From: Alphaproteobacteria bacterium
GTDB taxonomy: Bacteria; Pseudomonadota; Alphaproteobacteria; UBA2966
Direction: 5' to 3'
NCBI GenBank assembly: GCA_964291395.2
Contig: OZ219856.1
Span: 672,001 to 736,000, forward strand
Length of the DNA stretch: 64,000 bases
Part shown: in pieces, positions 1 through 9,285 of the stretch
Numbering within the stretch: the first letter of the stretch is position 1
Layout of the letters: each line of letters begins with the position of its first letter
The notes under the pieces: generated by a model
The model's database searches: none
What the model saw: only the letters and a program-made list of their open reading frames with translations
Told to the model about the DNA's origin: nothing
Program-made: the position numbers and the translations under genes

Positions 1-486
1 TAGCCGTGCTCACCCTGGTGCTCACCCTGACAGGCGTGCTCCAGCCCGCGGTTACATAACTCCTGGTTCCAACAGGGATGCCACTGTCCGGGACCGGGCC
101 GCTCTCAGCGGTCTCGTCCGGCTCGCCGGATCCGGAGACAATCATGACCCTGCCGAGAAGAATGGGCGTTGGCCACTGGGCCATCGTCACGGTATCCGCC
201 GTGCTGATAGCAATCATCGCGCTGGCATACTTCGTATCCTGATACGCGACCGGCCCTGGCGGGCCGGTCGCTTACCGGGACAGGTCCGTAGAAGGGAAAG
301 AGGGCGCTTGCGCTTGCGCGTGCGTGTATTGCGTGTATGGTTCGCCCCGCGTTACCAAGTCGTTGTTGCTTAACCGATTGCCCGCGCGAACGGGCGGCCA
401 GGTTTCTTCCCCGACATTGTGAACGTTTTTCAGGGGCGCCGCATGAGGCGGCGCCTCGCTCAACTGTCGTGAGAGGAAAAGCGATC

Positions 487-696
487 ATGGCTACAGGTAC
501 TATCAAATGGTTCGACCCGGCCAAGGGTTACGGGTTCATTCAGCCCGAGGATGGCTCTCGGGACGTGTTCGTCCATATCAGCGCCGTGGAGAGGGCCGGT
601 CTCGGCACATTGAACGAAGGGCAGAAGGTGTCCTTCGAGGTCATGTCGGGCCGGGACGGCAAGTCGTCCGCCGAGAACCTCGCACTCGCCGGCTGA
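487..696 (+). CDS. cspA: Cold-shock protein (CspA family)
   Basis: MATGTIKWFDPAKGYGFIQPEDGSRDVFVHISAV with RNP1/RNP2 motifs; GAGAGGA RBS upstream of ATG 487. Confidence 0.97.
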   Translation: MATGTIKWFDPAKGYGFIQPEDGSRDVFVHISAVERAGLGTLNEGQKVSFEVMSGRDGKSSAENLALAG

Positions 697-751
697 CATC
701 AGGACGGGGCGGCCGCCGGCTGCCCCACCTGAACACCGAGGAGCGCGCGTA

Positions 752-934
752 TTGCCCCGAAGGTCGAACTACAGTTTCGAAAAGCGCCAGCGGGAACTCG
801 CGAAAGCCGAGAAGAAGGCGGCGCGGCTGGAAGCCCGGGCCCGGAAACGGAAACCGCAGGCGGTCGGAGGCAAGTCCGGAGAGAGCGAAGGTCGGGCCGC
901 TGGAGATCCTCCAGAGGTCGAGAAGGCGCGGTGA
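752..934 (+). CDS. Small basic Lys/Arg-rich hypothetical protein
   Basis: TTG start after GAGGAG; NYSFEKRQRELAKAEKK resembles a small conserved proteobacterial hypothetical protein (recalled, unverified). Confidence 0.65.
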   Translation: MPRRSNYSFEKRQRELAKAEKKAARLEARARKRKPQAVGGKSGESEGRAAGDPPEVEKAR

Positions 935-1179
935 GCGGCACAGACATGAACTGCGAGATGGCGACCCGCGGGGTCGCCGTCAGCCGCCGTGGGCGGAAGA
1001 AAATGCCCATGGAGACTTGTGGGACGCCGGAGCGGATGACGCCGGAAGAGCGCGAGGTCTACTGGCGGCATTGGAGAAATTCACCGTTCGGAAGCGACGT
1101 GGCTCATCCGCTCGACCTGCCGCCCTTCCTCAGGAAGCCGGTACGGCCGCCGGATTTGCCGGAAAAGGGGAGCGCGTGA
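931..1179 (+). CDS. Hypothetical protein
   Basis: 82-aa ORF with GTGA overlaps to both neighbours; no recognisable motif. Confidence 0.35.
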   Translation: MSGTDMNCEMATRGVAVSRRGRKKMPMETCGTPERMTPEEREVYWRHWRNSPFGSDVAHPLDLPPFLRKPVRPPDLPEKGSA

Positions 1180-1826
1180 CGGACCGCCAGTGCGAGCCCG
1201 TCCTTGGCCGGATCCTGCTTTACGTCCACGACATCGAGGGTGTCGCCGAATTCTACGCACTCCATTTCGGCCTCCGGATTCTCAAGGAAGAGGGTGATCG
1301 TATCGTTGAGCTGGAAAGCCCTGGCGGGGCTGGGAACAACATCATGCTTCACCCCTTGGGCCGCGGGCGCAAAAGCGGCCAGACCGTCGCCAAGCTGGTC
1401 TTCGACATACCTGATGTCACAGCCTTTTGCGCTCGGGCCGCCAGGCACGGGCTCGAGTTCGGCCCGATGCACAAAGGCGACGGCTACGTCTTCGCCAATG
1501 CGAAGGATCCGGCGGGTAACTCCATCTCCGTATCGAGCCGTGCCTTCCGGCACAGCCGCGAGGCGGCTGCGGACAAGGCTGCAGCCGGTCCACGCCAGGC
1601 CGGCCTCCAGGAAGTGATCATGGCCGCAGGCGTGCCCGCGCTCACTCACGCGCAACTGCGTCTGGGTTATGACGCGGCGCTGGCGGAGACCGGTGTGCGC
1701 CTCGAAATACAGGCGACCCACGACGTCTGGTTGCGCCAGGTCGCCGCCAAGAAGACCCCGCTGCGCAAGCCGCTGAGCCACTGGATCGACTTCTGCAGGC
1801 GCCGAGCACAGGAGGTGGGGTGCTAG
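1176..1826 (+). CDS. VOC/glyoxalase family protein with unexplained C-terminal extension
   Basis: ILLYVHDIEGVAEFY...KLVFDIPDV...AKDPAGNSISV VOC pattern; about 90 extra C-terminal residues. Confidence 0.75.
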   Translation: MTDRQCEPVLGRILLYVHDIEGVAEFYALHFGLRILKEEGDRIVELESPGGAGNNIMLHPLGRGRKSGQTVAKLVFDIPDVTAFCARAARHGLEFGPMHKGDGYVFANAKDPAGNSISVSSRAFRHSREAAADKAAAGPRQAGLQEVIMAAGVPALTHAQLRLGYDAALAETGVRLEIQATHDVWLRQVAAKKTPLRKPLSHWIDFCRRRAQEVGC

Positions 1827-2060
1827 CTACAGCAACCGTATAGAGGATGGGTACACGCTGCCGCTGTAAATCCTACCGACATTATGTGGATCCCCAAGAC
1901 CATGGACCAGGCGATGATCGACGAGGTCGTCGGTCAGTTCGGTGCCGCCGCCCGATGGCAATACCGCCGCAGCACAGGGGAAGGGAGGCAGGCGGACGGA
2001 CGGTTACTTCTCCGCCCGCCCATTTGGGGAACGCCGGATCGACAGGATGAGGAGGTCGCC

Positions 2061-2465
2061 ATGGACGATCGAATTTTTCACATGGTCGGCGATGCGCCCG
2101 CCCCGGTGGCGCCATATAGCCACGCAGTCGAAGTCGATGGCTGGCTGTTCGTTACCGGTCAGCTTCCGATCGACCCAGCCGATAACGATGCGCCGTTGCC
2201 GTCGGGCATCGAAAACCAGACCCGCACCATATTTCATAATCTTGAGATCGTCCTCGGTCACGCCGGCTACGCCTTGACGGACGTGGTGAGTGCACGCGTG
2301 TTCCTCACCGACTTTCGTCGCGATTACGCAGCAATGAACGCGGTTTACGCGAGCTATTTCAATGCTGATCGACAGCCGGCGCGAACCTGCGTCGGCGTGA
2401 GTGGATTGGCGCGCGAGGCGCTGGTCGAGATCGATTTCGTCGCCCGTAAATCGGGCAAGAGCTGA
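2061..2465 (+). CDS. RidA/YjgF family enamine/imine deaminase
   Basis: PVAPYSHAV, GQLPIDP, PARTCVGV, LVEIDFVA; GGAGG RBS. Confidence 0.93.
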   Translation: MDDRIFHMVGDAPAPVAPYSHAVEVDGWLFVTGQLPIDPADNDAPLPSGIENQTRTIFHNLEIVLGHAGYALTDVVSARVFLTDFRRDYAAMNAVYASYFNADRQPARTCVGVSGLAREALVEIDFVARKSGKS

Positions 2466-2880
2466 CTCAAGGTAGAGTCTTGCACGGTACGCACGTCAAG
2501 CACTTCTCCGCCAAGCACGGCACCTACCGGCAGGCGGAACTGGTGCGGTCGCGCATGCGGCCGACCCCATGCCAGGCCGCCTCCAGACAAAACGGTGCTG
2601 ACAGGGGTGTGGATTGGAAGCCGATCAGCACGTCAACCGGTTGTTTTTGCTCGATCTAGAAGGGTCGATAGCGAACGCCGAAATGGAATGGTCCCTTTTG
2701 GCCGAATAGTTTCAGGCGACGGAGCCGATCGGGGTGCGGGCTCGGTACTCCTCGAAGCGGGTGGGCTCGAATCGCCGGGTATCCTGGGCGCACGGTGGGG
2801 AGCTTCGCAGTTCGATCGCGCCGGGTCCATCACCGTCTCGAGGAGGTGGCAGAGCCTGAGGAGACGAGCTCCCGCGCGCC

Positions 2881-3903
2881 TCAGCAGCCCAGGATGCAGC
2901 CAGGATGGGACGAACGCCCCACAATGCGCTCCCACAGCCGCTCTCCCCAGCCGGGCGGATAGTCGAGTTCCGGCTCTTGCCGCACCGGCGCCGGCTCGAC
3001 CGCCTGCCCCTCCCGACGGCCCACCACGAACGAGAACGCGTACCGCTCCTCCAGCCCCATGCGCAGATCGGAGATTGCGATCTCCCCGCTCTCGCGCTCG
3101 CGGCCCGCGAAAAAGCCCCGGGAGAACCACATCAGGCGCTCGACCGGCGCTTCCCCGCGGAGCCGCTCCAGGAGCTCGTGGCCGTCCGGGCGCGACACGA
3201 ACGAGAACCTGCGTTGCGCATCGAGAAGGGAGTAGTAGCCCTCGAGGAAGTGCCCCTCGCCGGTCATCGCGACCACCCGCCACAACACCGCGTTGAAGGG
3301 CGTGGGAACGGTGAGCCAGCGGGTCGTGCCCGCAACGGGCAGGGACTCCTCCGCCACACGGTCAACGTGCACCTTGATGGCGACCGTGCAGGCGAGCCAT
3401 GCGACGGCGACCGCGAGGCCCGCGTTGCTCAGCCGGTGCCTCAGATCGCCCCGGCGCATGGCGAGCGCGCCCGCCATCCCGATGATGAGGGGCACGGTGA
3501 ACACCGGATCGATTATGAAGATCGTCGCCCACCCCACCGGCAGGTCCGAGAACGGCATCAGGACCTGGGTGCCGTACACCGTGAAGCAGTCCAGGATCGG
3601 GTGGGTGACGAGTGCGAGGAACACCAGCACCAGCCAGCCCCGCCAATAGGGGCGGGTTGCAGGGTGGATTCGGGTCGCTGCCCAAGCGATGGCTGGTGTC
3701 GCGAGGGCGAGCAGAAGGAATGAGTGGCTGTAGGCGCGGTGCCAAGTGAACGCGGCCATCGGGTCCGCATACGGCCAGAAGACGTCGAGGTCCGGTGCGA
3801 GACCGCAAAGCCCTCCCCACACTGGCGCCCGCCGACCCACCTTGCGCCCGAGGACCGCTTCGCCCACCGCGGCCCCGAGCGCTACCTGGGTGACGGTATC
3901 CAC
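2881..3903 (-). CDS. YdjM-like membrane-bound metal-dependent hydrolase
   Basis: MDTVTQ..LG, PDLD, HRAYSHS, HPILD, IFIIDP motifs with TM segments. Confidence 0.9.
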   Translation of the reverse strand: MDTVTQVALGAAVGEAVLGRKVGRRAPVWGGLCGLAPDLDVFWPYADPMAAFTWHRAYSHSFLLLALATPAIAWAATRIHPATRPYWRGWLVLVFLALVTHPILDCFTVYGTQVLMPFSDLPVGWATIFIIDPVFTVPLIIGMAGALAMRRGDLRHRLSNAGLAVAVAWLACTVAIKVHVDRVAEESLPVAGTTRWLTVPTPFNAVLWRVVAMTGEGHFLEGYYSLLDAQRRFSFVSRPDGHELLERLRGEAPVERLMWFSRGFFAGRERESGEIAISDLRMGLEERYAFSFVVGRREGQAVEPAPVRQEPELDYPPGWGERLWERIVGRSSHPGCILGC

Positions 3904-4431
3904 TGGCTCCGGTCAGGATGGACCAGGGTCGTGCGCACGGGCGGCGAGGCCGGTCGCGGCCCCGCGACACCGGACGGTCCTACGGTTTGCGGCATCATCG
4001 CCCGAGGTCCGCTCCAACGAAGCCGCCGTATACAGCGACGATTTGCCGTCCTCGGATTTGCCGTCCTCGGACGCTGTTTCGACATCGGTACCCGCAGCGA
4101 TCGATACGCGTATCGACATGACAGAGTCAGCCATCCGCCCCTGGACCATTTGTCGCATCTCTTGTTCTCATCCTGTACCCCAACGAGTATCGCTTTTTCG
4201 ATCGCTATTCTGCCGACTATGTTGTTCATTCTTTGCACGGGTCGTTTGCGATGGTGCAACCCGTCCGCACCGCCGCTCCCTTACCGAAGAACTGCTGCCC
4301 TGGAACTTCACTGATCCCCTCCTGTGCCGGGCGGCGCGAGGTCGTGGACCTCAACGCTACGGCCGCCCGGCTGCAAGGTATCGTGGACGGGGCGGAAATT
4401 GCGATCGACAGTCGGAACCTTGGAAGAGCTA

Positions 4432-5565
4432 ATGATGAGCACACTTAGTCGTCGTTCGGTGCTGAAGGGTGCCGCTGCTGCGATCACGGCTCCCGCCGTC
4501 CTTCGCGCCCACGACGCCCTGTCGTCATCGGGTCAGGTGAACGTCTTCGCCTGGAGCGATTATATCCAGGACAACATGATCGCGAAATTCAGGGCCGACA
4601 CGGGCATCGCGATCAATCTCTCGACCTTCGGTTCGAACGACGAAGCCGAACAAAGGCTCAAAGCCGCGGGCGGCAGGGGCTTCGACGTGATCTTCCCGTC
4701 GGTAACCAATATTCCCAACTACAGGGGCGACGGCGACAACTTCATGCTCGCGCCGATCGACGAATCGCGCGTGAACATGGACAACATCATCGCCTCGATG
4801 ATTCGCGATTCGATTCAGCTTGGCGCCGTGCAGCGTGGCAAGCGGTTGGGTCTGCCCTTCGACTGGGGTACCGAGGCCGTCACCTTCAACTCGTCAATCC
4901 TGCCGCTGAGTGACGATGAGATCTCCTTCGGCTCGCTCTGGGGCGAGGGACTAGAGGGCAAGGCGGCGTTTCGTCAGAAGTCCATCATCATGGGCACGGG
5001 CCTCTACCTCGACGCGATCGGCAAGGTTGCCTCCAACCGCATGCTCGACGTCTACAAGACCGAGGATGATGCCAAGCGTGTCTGGGAGGCGGTCACGGCA
5101 TTCGTGATCGAGAACAAGAAGAACATCGGCGCGTTCTGGAACGATGCCATCGAGGCGACCAACGCCTTCACCGAGGCGGGCTGCGTCATCGGCCAGACCT
5201 GGGACACCACCGGCATCAAGCTCGGCTGGGATGTGGACCCTGTTTGGAAATACTGCATGCCCAAGGAAGGCGGTATCGCCTGGATGGATTCCATGGCGAT
5301 CCCGGTCGGCGTCGAGAACGTGGATCAAGCCTACGCCTTCGTCAACGCCATGTACGAGCCGGAGATGGCGGGGCTCTTTGTCCAGAACACCGGCTACAAC
5401 TCGGCCGCCGTGGGCGCGGCCGCCTTCGCCGGTGAGCGGTATGGACACACCTTCAATCAAATCTATACGCCGGAGACACTCGGCAATCTGTGGTGGTGGC
5501 AGGCCGAAACGCCATGGTTCGTGTCGTTGCGCCAAGTCTATGTTGAAATGATCACCAAAGCCTGA
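4432..5565 (+). CDS. PotD/PotF-like ABC transporter substrate-binding protein, Tat-exported
   Basis: SRRSVLK twin-arginine signal; NVFAWSDYI, FDVIFPS, PFDWGTE, PKEGGIAWMD. Confidence 0.9.
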   Translation: MMSTLSRRSVLKGAAAAITAPAVLRAHDALSSSGQVNVFAWSDYIQDNMIAKFRADTGIAINLSTFGSNDEAEQRLKAAGGRGFDVIFPSVTNIPNYRGDGDNFMLAPIDESRVNMDNIIASMIRDSIQLGAVQRGKRLGLPFDWGTEAVTFNSSILPLSDDEISFGSLWGEGLEGKAAFRQKSIIMGTGLYLDAIGKVASNRMLDVYKTEDDAKRVWEAVTAFVIENKKNIGAFWNDAIEATNAFTEAGCVIGQTWDTTGIKLGWDVDPVWKYCMPKEGGIAWMDSMAIPVGVENVDQAYAFVNAMYEPEMAGLFVQNTGYNSAAVGAAAFAGERYGHTFNQIYTPETLGNLWWWQAETPWFVSLRQVYVEMITKA

Positions 5566-5630
5566 TGATCAAGACGGTCTGACGAAGCGCACCGGATGAC
5601 CGCCGTCTCGCCCGGTCCAGAAATGGCTCG

Positions 5631-5966
5631 GTGGAATATCTCGACCCCAACGTAGTCGCGCCCGTAGCGAGGTTCATCTGGGCTTTGCATCGCGTTGCAC
5701 GGACCACACGAAACCGTGCGAGCCGGATGGGTTGGCTGGAGACCCAGTTGACGGTGGCGGCACGCTACTACGGAGGGAGACGCCGCCAGAGCTTGATTGT
5801 CGTGATCGACGAACTAGACAGGTGTCGTCCGGACTATGCCCTCAGATTCCTCGAGACGATCAAGCATGTGCTCGAGGTCCCGTGCGTGCCTTTCATAATC
5901 GCGGCGAATGCGCGGGAGCTGTCCCAAGCCGTCAATGGAGTGTACGGCGACGGCAAGGTGGAGTGA
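5631..5966 (+). pseudogene. KAP-family P-loop NTPase fragment
   Basis: LIVVIDELDRCRPDYALRFLETIKH is the KAP Walker-B region; no Walker A; only 111 aa. Confidence 0.7.
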
Positions 5967-6203
5967 AATGGGGACCGGGTAACGGCAGAAGTGATTATCA
6001 TTATTTTCTCGGCGGGTCTCGCCATTTTCCTGTTCACGCGCAAGTCGCGGGGGTCGGAGCCTGCGGAGCTTCCGCCCACCGATCGGCAATTGGCTTACAT
6101 CGACCAACTACTCGAGGAAGGGGACTTGCCGGTCCCGCGCCCGGATGGCATGAGTTGGCGCTGAAGAATTCGCTTCAACGTCAACGAAACGAGGTCATCC
6201 GTC

Positions 6204-6905
6204 ATGGTTCCCACCTACAAGCACGCCCTGATCGTCGGGGTCGGCCCCGGTCTCTCCGCCTCCCTGGCCCGCCTGCTGTCGTCGGAGGGCATGACCGTGT
6301 CGCTCGCCGCCCGGAGCGTCGATGACCTCTCGGAACTCTGCTCCGAAACCGGCGCCACGGCCCACGAGTGCGACGCGACGTCGACGGGCGACGTGGACGC
6401 GCTGTTCGGGGCGTTGGAGGGGAACGATCCGGACGTCGTGATCTACAATCCGAGCGGCCGCGTGCGCGGCCCCTTCGTCGAGATCGACCGCGAGGCCACG
6501 AAGAACGCGATTCTCGTCACGGCCTATGGCGGCTTCCTCGTCGCGCAGGCGGCCGCGCAACGCATGGTGCCCAACGGTCACGGCGCCATCCTGTTCACCG
6601 CGGCGTCCGCCAGCGTCAAGGGTTACGTGCAGTCCGCCTCGTTCGCCATGGGCAAGTTCGCCCTGCGGGGCCTGGCCCAGAGCATGGCGCGGGAGCTCCA
6701 CCCCAAGGGCATCCACATCGGGCATTTCATCATCGACGGCGGCATCCGCAATCCGCTCCGGCCCGAGCGGGTGGACGCGCCCGACAATCCGGACAGCATG
6801 CTCGACCCGGACGCCATCGCCCGGAGCTACCTGCATTTCCTCCGGCAAGATCGCAGTTCCTGGGCCTGGGAGATCGAGCTCCGCCCCTGGGTCGAGAATT
6901 TTTAA
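6204..6905 (+). CDS. Short-chain dehydrogenase/reductase
   Basis: ALIVGVGPGLSASLA, FAMGKFALRGLAQSMARELHPKGIH, WEIELRP. Confidence 0.93.
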   Translation: MVPTYKHALIVGVGPGLSASLARLLSSEGMTVSLAARSVDDLSELCSETGATAHECDATSTGDVDALFGALEGNDPDVVIYNPSGRVRGPFVEIDREATKNAILVTAYGGFLVAQAAAQRMVPNGHGAILFTAASASVKGYVQSASFAMGKFALRGLAQSMARELHPKGIHIGHFIIDGGIRNPLRPERVDAPDNPDSMLDPDAIARSYLHFLRQDRSSWAWEIELRPWVENF

Positions 6906-6950
6906 CGGCTGCCGCGGCGAAGCTCCGAGCCGGGGCGCGGGCGAGCGGCC

Positions 6951-7322
6951 CTAACCCGGCTTCCACTCGGGCAGCGCCGTCCCGCCGGCGAGGTGATCCC
7001 CCGTCTCCGTGGTGCGCAGCAGGACGTAGACGTCGCGCGTCCCCATGACCTCTTCAAAGAGGTCGCAGATCAGCCTGGCGCAGAGGTCCTTCTGTTCCCG
7101 TGACCGTCCCGGCCGCGTGTCGATGGTCACCGTCGGCAGGCCCTTGCCCAATTCGCCGTAGGCTTCCGTGATCGCCGGATAGATCCACTTGCGCGTCTCG
7201 GGAAAGCGGTCGTTCTGGCCCGGGTCGATGGAGTCGTTGATGGCGTCGCGGAGCCCGTCCGCGATCCGGTCCTTGACCTCGTTCGAGTACCCTTCCGGGA
7301 TCTGCACTCTGACGATGGGCAT
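6951..7322 (-). CDS. Tautomerase superfamily protein (two beta-alpha-beta units)
   Basis: N-terminal Pro after Met (MPIVRVQI); second unit TIDTRPGRSREQKD. Confidence 0.8.
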   Translation of the reverse strand: MPIVRVQIPEGYSNEVKDRIADGLRDAINDSIDPGQNDRFPETRKWIYPAITEAYGELGKGLPTVTIDTRPGRSREQKDLCARLICDLFEEVMGTRDVYVLLRTTETGDHLAGGTALPEWKPG

Positions 7323-7387
7323 GCTTCGGGCCCCCTTCGCTTCGTGGTCCTCGCCGTCTCAGGCCGGTCAGGCGCGCCGCCGCGGCG

Positions 7388-8686
7388 TCATTCCGCCGCG
7401 ATCGCCGGATTGTCCCCGTACTCGGCGTTCCGCCGGCCGTCCGACCCGTCGCCCACCGACCCCGTCACGTAACGGGGGAGCAGCAGGAAGCCGCCGAGGG
7501 CCTGCATCACCTCGTCGTCGCTCTCCCGGCACACCTCGTCGAGCTTCTTGAGCACGGCGCCGGCGGTCGTTTCGTGCCAGAACCAGTCGATGACCTGGGT
7601 CGAGGTCCCCGTGGCCCGTCCCGGCTGGGCGGCGACCGCCTCGAAATACCACGCGCGCATGTCCTCGAACGCGTGCTTGAGGGCCACCGTCGCGCTCATG
7701 TCTTCCGACGGGGAGTCGGGCCACTCATCGCCCAGGAACGCCGCGATGTACCGGGCGTTGCCCTCGATATCGAGGGGGCTGACGCCGACGGTCGTGCGTC
7801 CGCGCTGCTCGACCGACAGTTCGTACCAGGGACGAAGCTGGCCGATCTCGCGCAGCAACGCCTGTTCCAGGGCGACGCCGTCGCCGTTCGTTTGCGGCGG
7901 CGGGGCCTGCAGCTCGATCGGGCACGCCCAGGCCGCCTGATCGTCGCCGGTATCGGCCGGGGACGGCGGCGCGTCCTCGTCGAAGTCCTCCAGGACCGGG
8001 CCGCTCTCCGATTCCAGTGTCCCGAGCAGCGCCTTCAGCACCTTGGTCTGGAACTCCGGATCGTTCGGCGTGCCGAAGGGGCGTCCCAATTCGAAGGGCA
8101 CCCACAGCGCCCGCGGCGGCCTCATCCTTTCCGTTTGGAAACGCACCAGGCTGATGCTCGACGTGGCGATCCCTTCACGCTCCAGATAGTGGCCCAGCGC
8201 GCCGACGGCGCGCGTGCAGCGGGGTCAGACGGGGCACATCAGCACCGTGTCGACCTCGTCTCCGCGCAGCAGCCTGGCGAGCTCCGGCACGTGGGGTTCC
8301 ATGTCCTGGGGCTGGCTCCCGCCCATGAAGGCGTAATGGAACTTCGCCACCGACCCGATGAAGCCCTCGGCCTCCAGTTCGCGCATGCGGTCGATGGGAA
8401 TGACCACGTTGATGTCCTGTTGGAAGCCCGTGCGGTCGAAGTTCGGCGACAGGTGACTCATCACCAGCTCGCTCGGGTCGACGTCGGTCGGAATCAGGCG
8501 GAACTCACCGGAAAAGAACGGGTAGGGCTTGTCGTTCCGGCGCTCGATGCCGGCCGTCGAGATCAGCGCAATTCGCCTTTCCGACAGCGGCTTGGCGGGG
8601 GTCCACGGCGTGTGGTCGAATTCGGGCAGCCGCAGCCCGGCGAGATATTGCCGTTCGTACTCCGGAAGCTCTTCCCAACGTGCCAT
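7388..8686 (-). CDS. Selenoprotein, PrdB/GrdB (proline/glycine reductase B)-like, Sec at codon 154, with C-terminal extension
   Basis: Track ORFs 8225..8686 and 7388..8146 share one frame separated by a single TGA (8225-8227); read-through gives MCPV-U-PRCTRAVGALGHYLEREGIAT; RIALISTAG, QDINVVIPIDR, PRALWVPFELGRPFG are PrdB-type motifs; 432 aa. Confidence 0.9.
8190..8227 (-). promoter_or_regulatory. Putative bacterial SECIS hairpin
   Basis: After UGA: CCCCGCUGCAC GCGCGCC-GUC-GGCGCGC UGGG; 7-bp perfect stem with G-initiated loop 18 nt from UGA. Confidence 0.7.
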
Positions 8687-8704
8687 TGCCGTCTCCTCCT
8701 GATA

Positions 8705-8839
8705 TCAGCGATTTTTGCCTGGAATATACTGATTTTCACGACGCCATATGTTCGGATAAAGCCACGGATCCTGCCGGCCCGGCCGGACGACCGCGCCCTG
8801 GGCACAGATCAACAGATTCGTGTCGAGGAATGCCGTCAC
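8705..8839 (-). pseudogene. VapC/PIN toxin N-terminal remnant
   Basis: GTGA overlap with antitoxin stop; VTAFLDTNLLICAQG then homology is lost. Confidence 0.7.
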
Positions 8840-9080
8840 CGGGTGTTGGCTTCCTCTCGATCGAAGGCATGGTCTTCAGGCATGGGCCAGGCACGTGCGC
8901 GCATCCGTTCGACCGCCCGTTCCCGGCTGTCGTCCCTGGCGACGGCGATACGCTCCGGCGTGGCGGACACGATTTCCAACTCGTCGCCGGATTTCAGGCC
9001 GAGGTCCTCGACCAATGCCTTGGGCAGCCGGACAGCCAGGCTGTTGCCCCATTTCGACGGCCCCATTTCGAGACTTGCAT
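8836..9080 (-). pseudogene. AbrB/MazE-family antitoxin, frameshifted by 14-bp duplication
   Basis: ATG 9080 after GCAGGAG; MQVSKWG / SKWGNSLAVRLPKALVEDLGLKSGDELEI; TCGAAATGGGGC duplicated at 9046-9071. Confidence 0.8.
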
Positions 9081-9285
9081 GATCTCCTGCCGGATATACC
9101 GATGATCATGTATATCATGGACGACGCGTCGCATGACGCGTCGCATGAAGTTCCACACCGGATCGGCAGGCTCGCCGAACGCTCCCGGCATCGGGACCGC
9201 TCCCCGGCCCTCATGCCCCCGCGAGGAGCGACGCCGGCTTCCCCACGGTCCGGGCGGCGCACATCGATTCGCCTTGACGGCGGGG

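Noticed and set aside
4232-4250. Sigma-54 promoter-like TTGCAC...TTGC
   Set aside because: Lacks the GG at -24 and spacing is wrong
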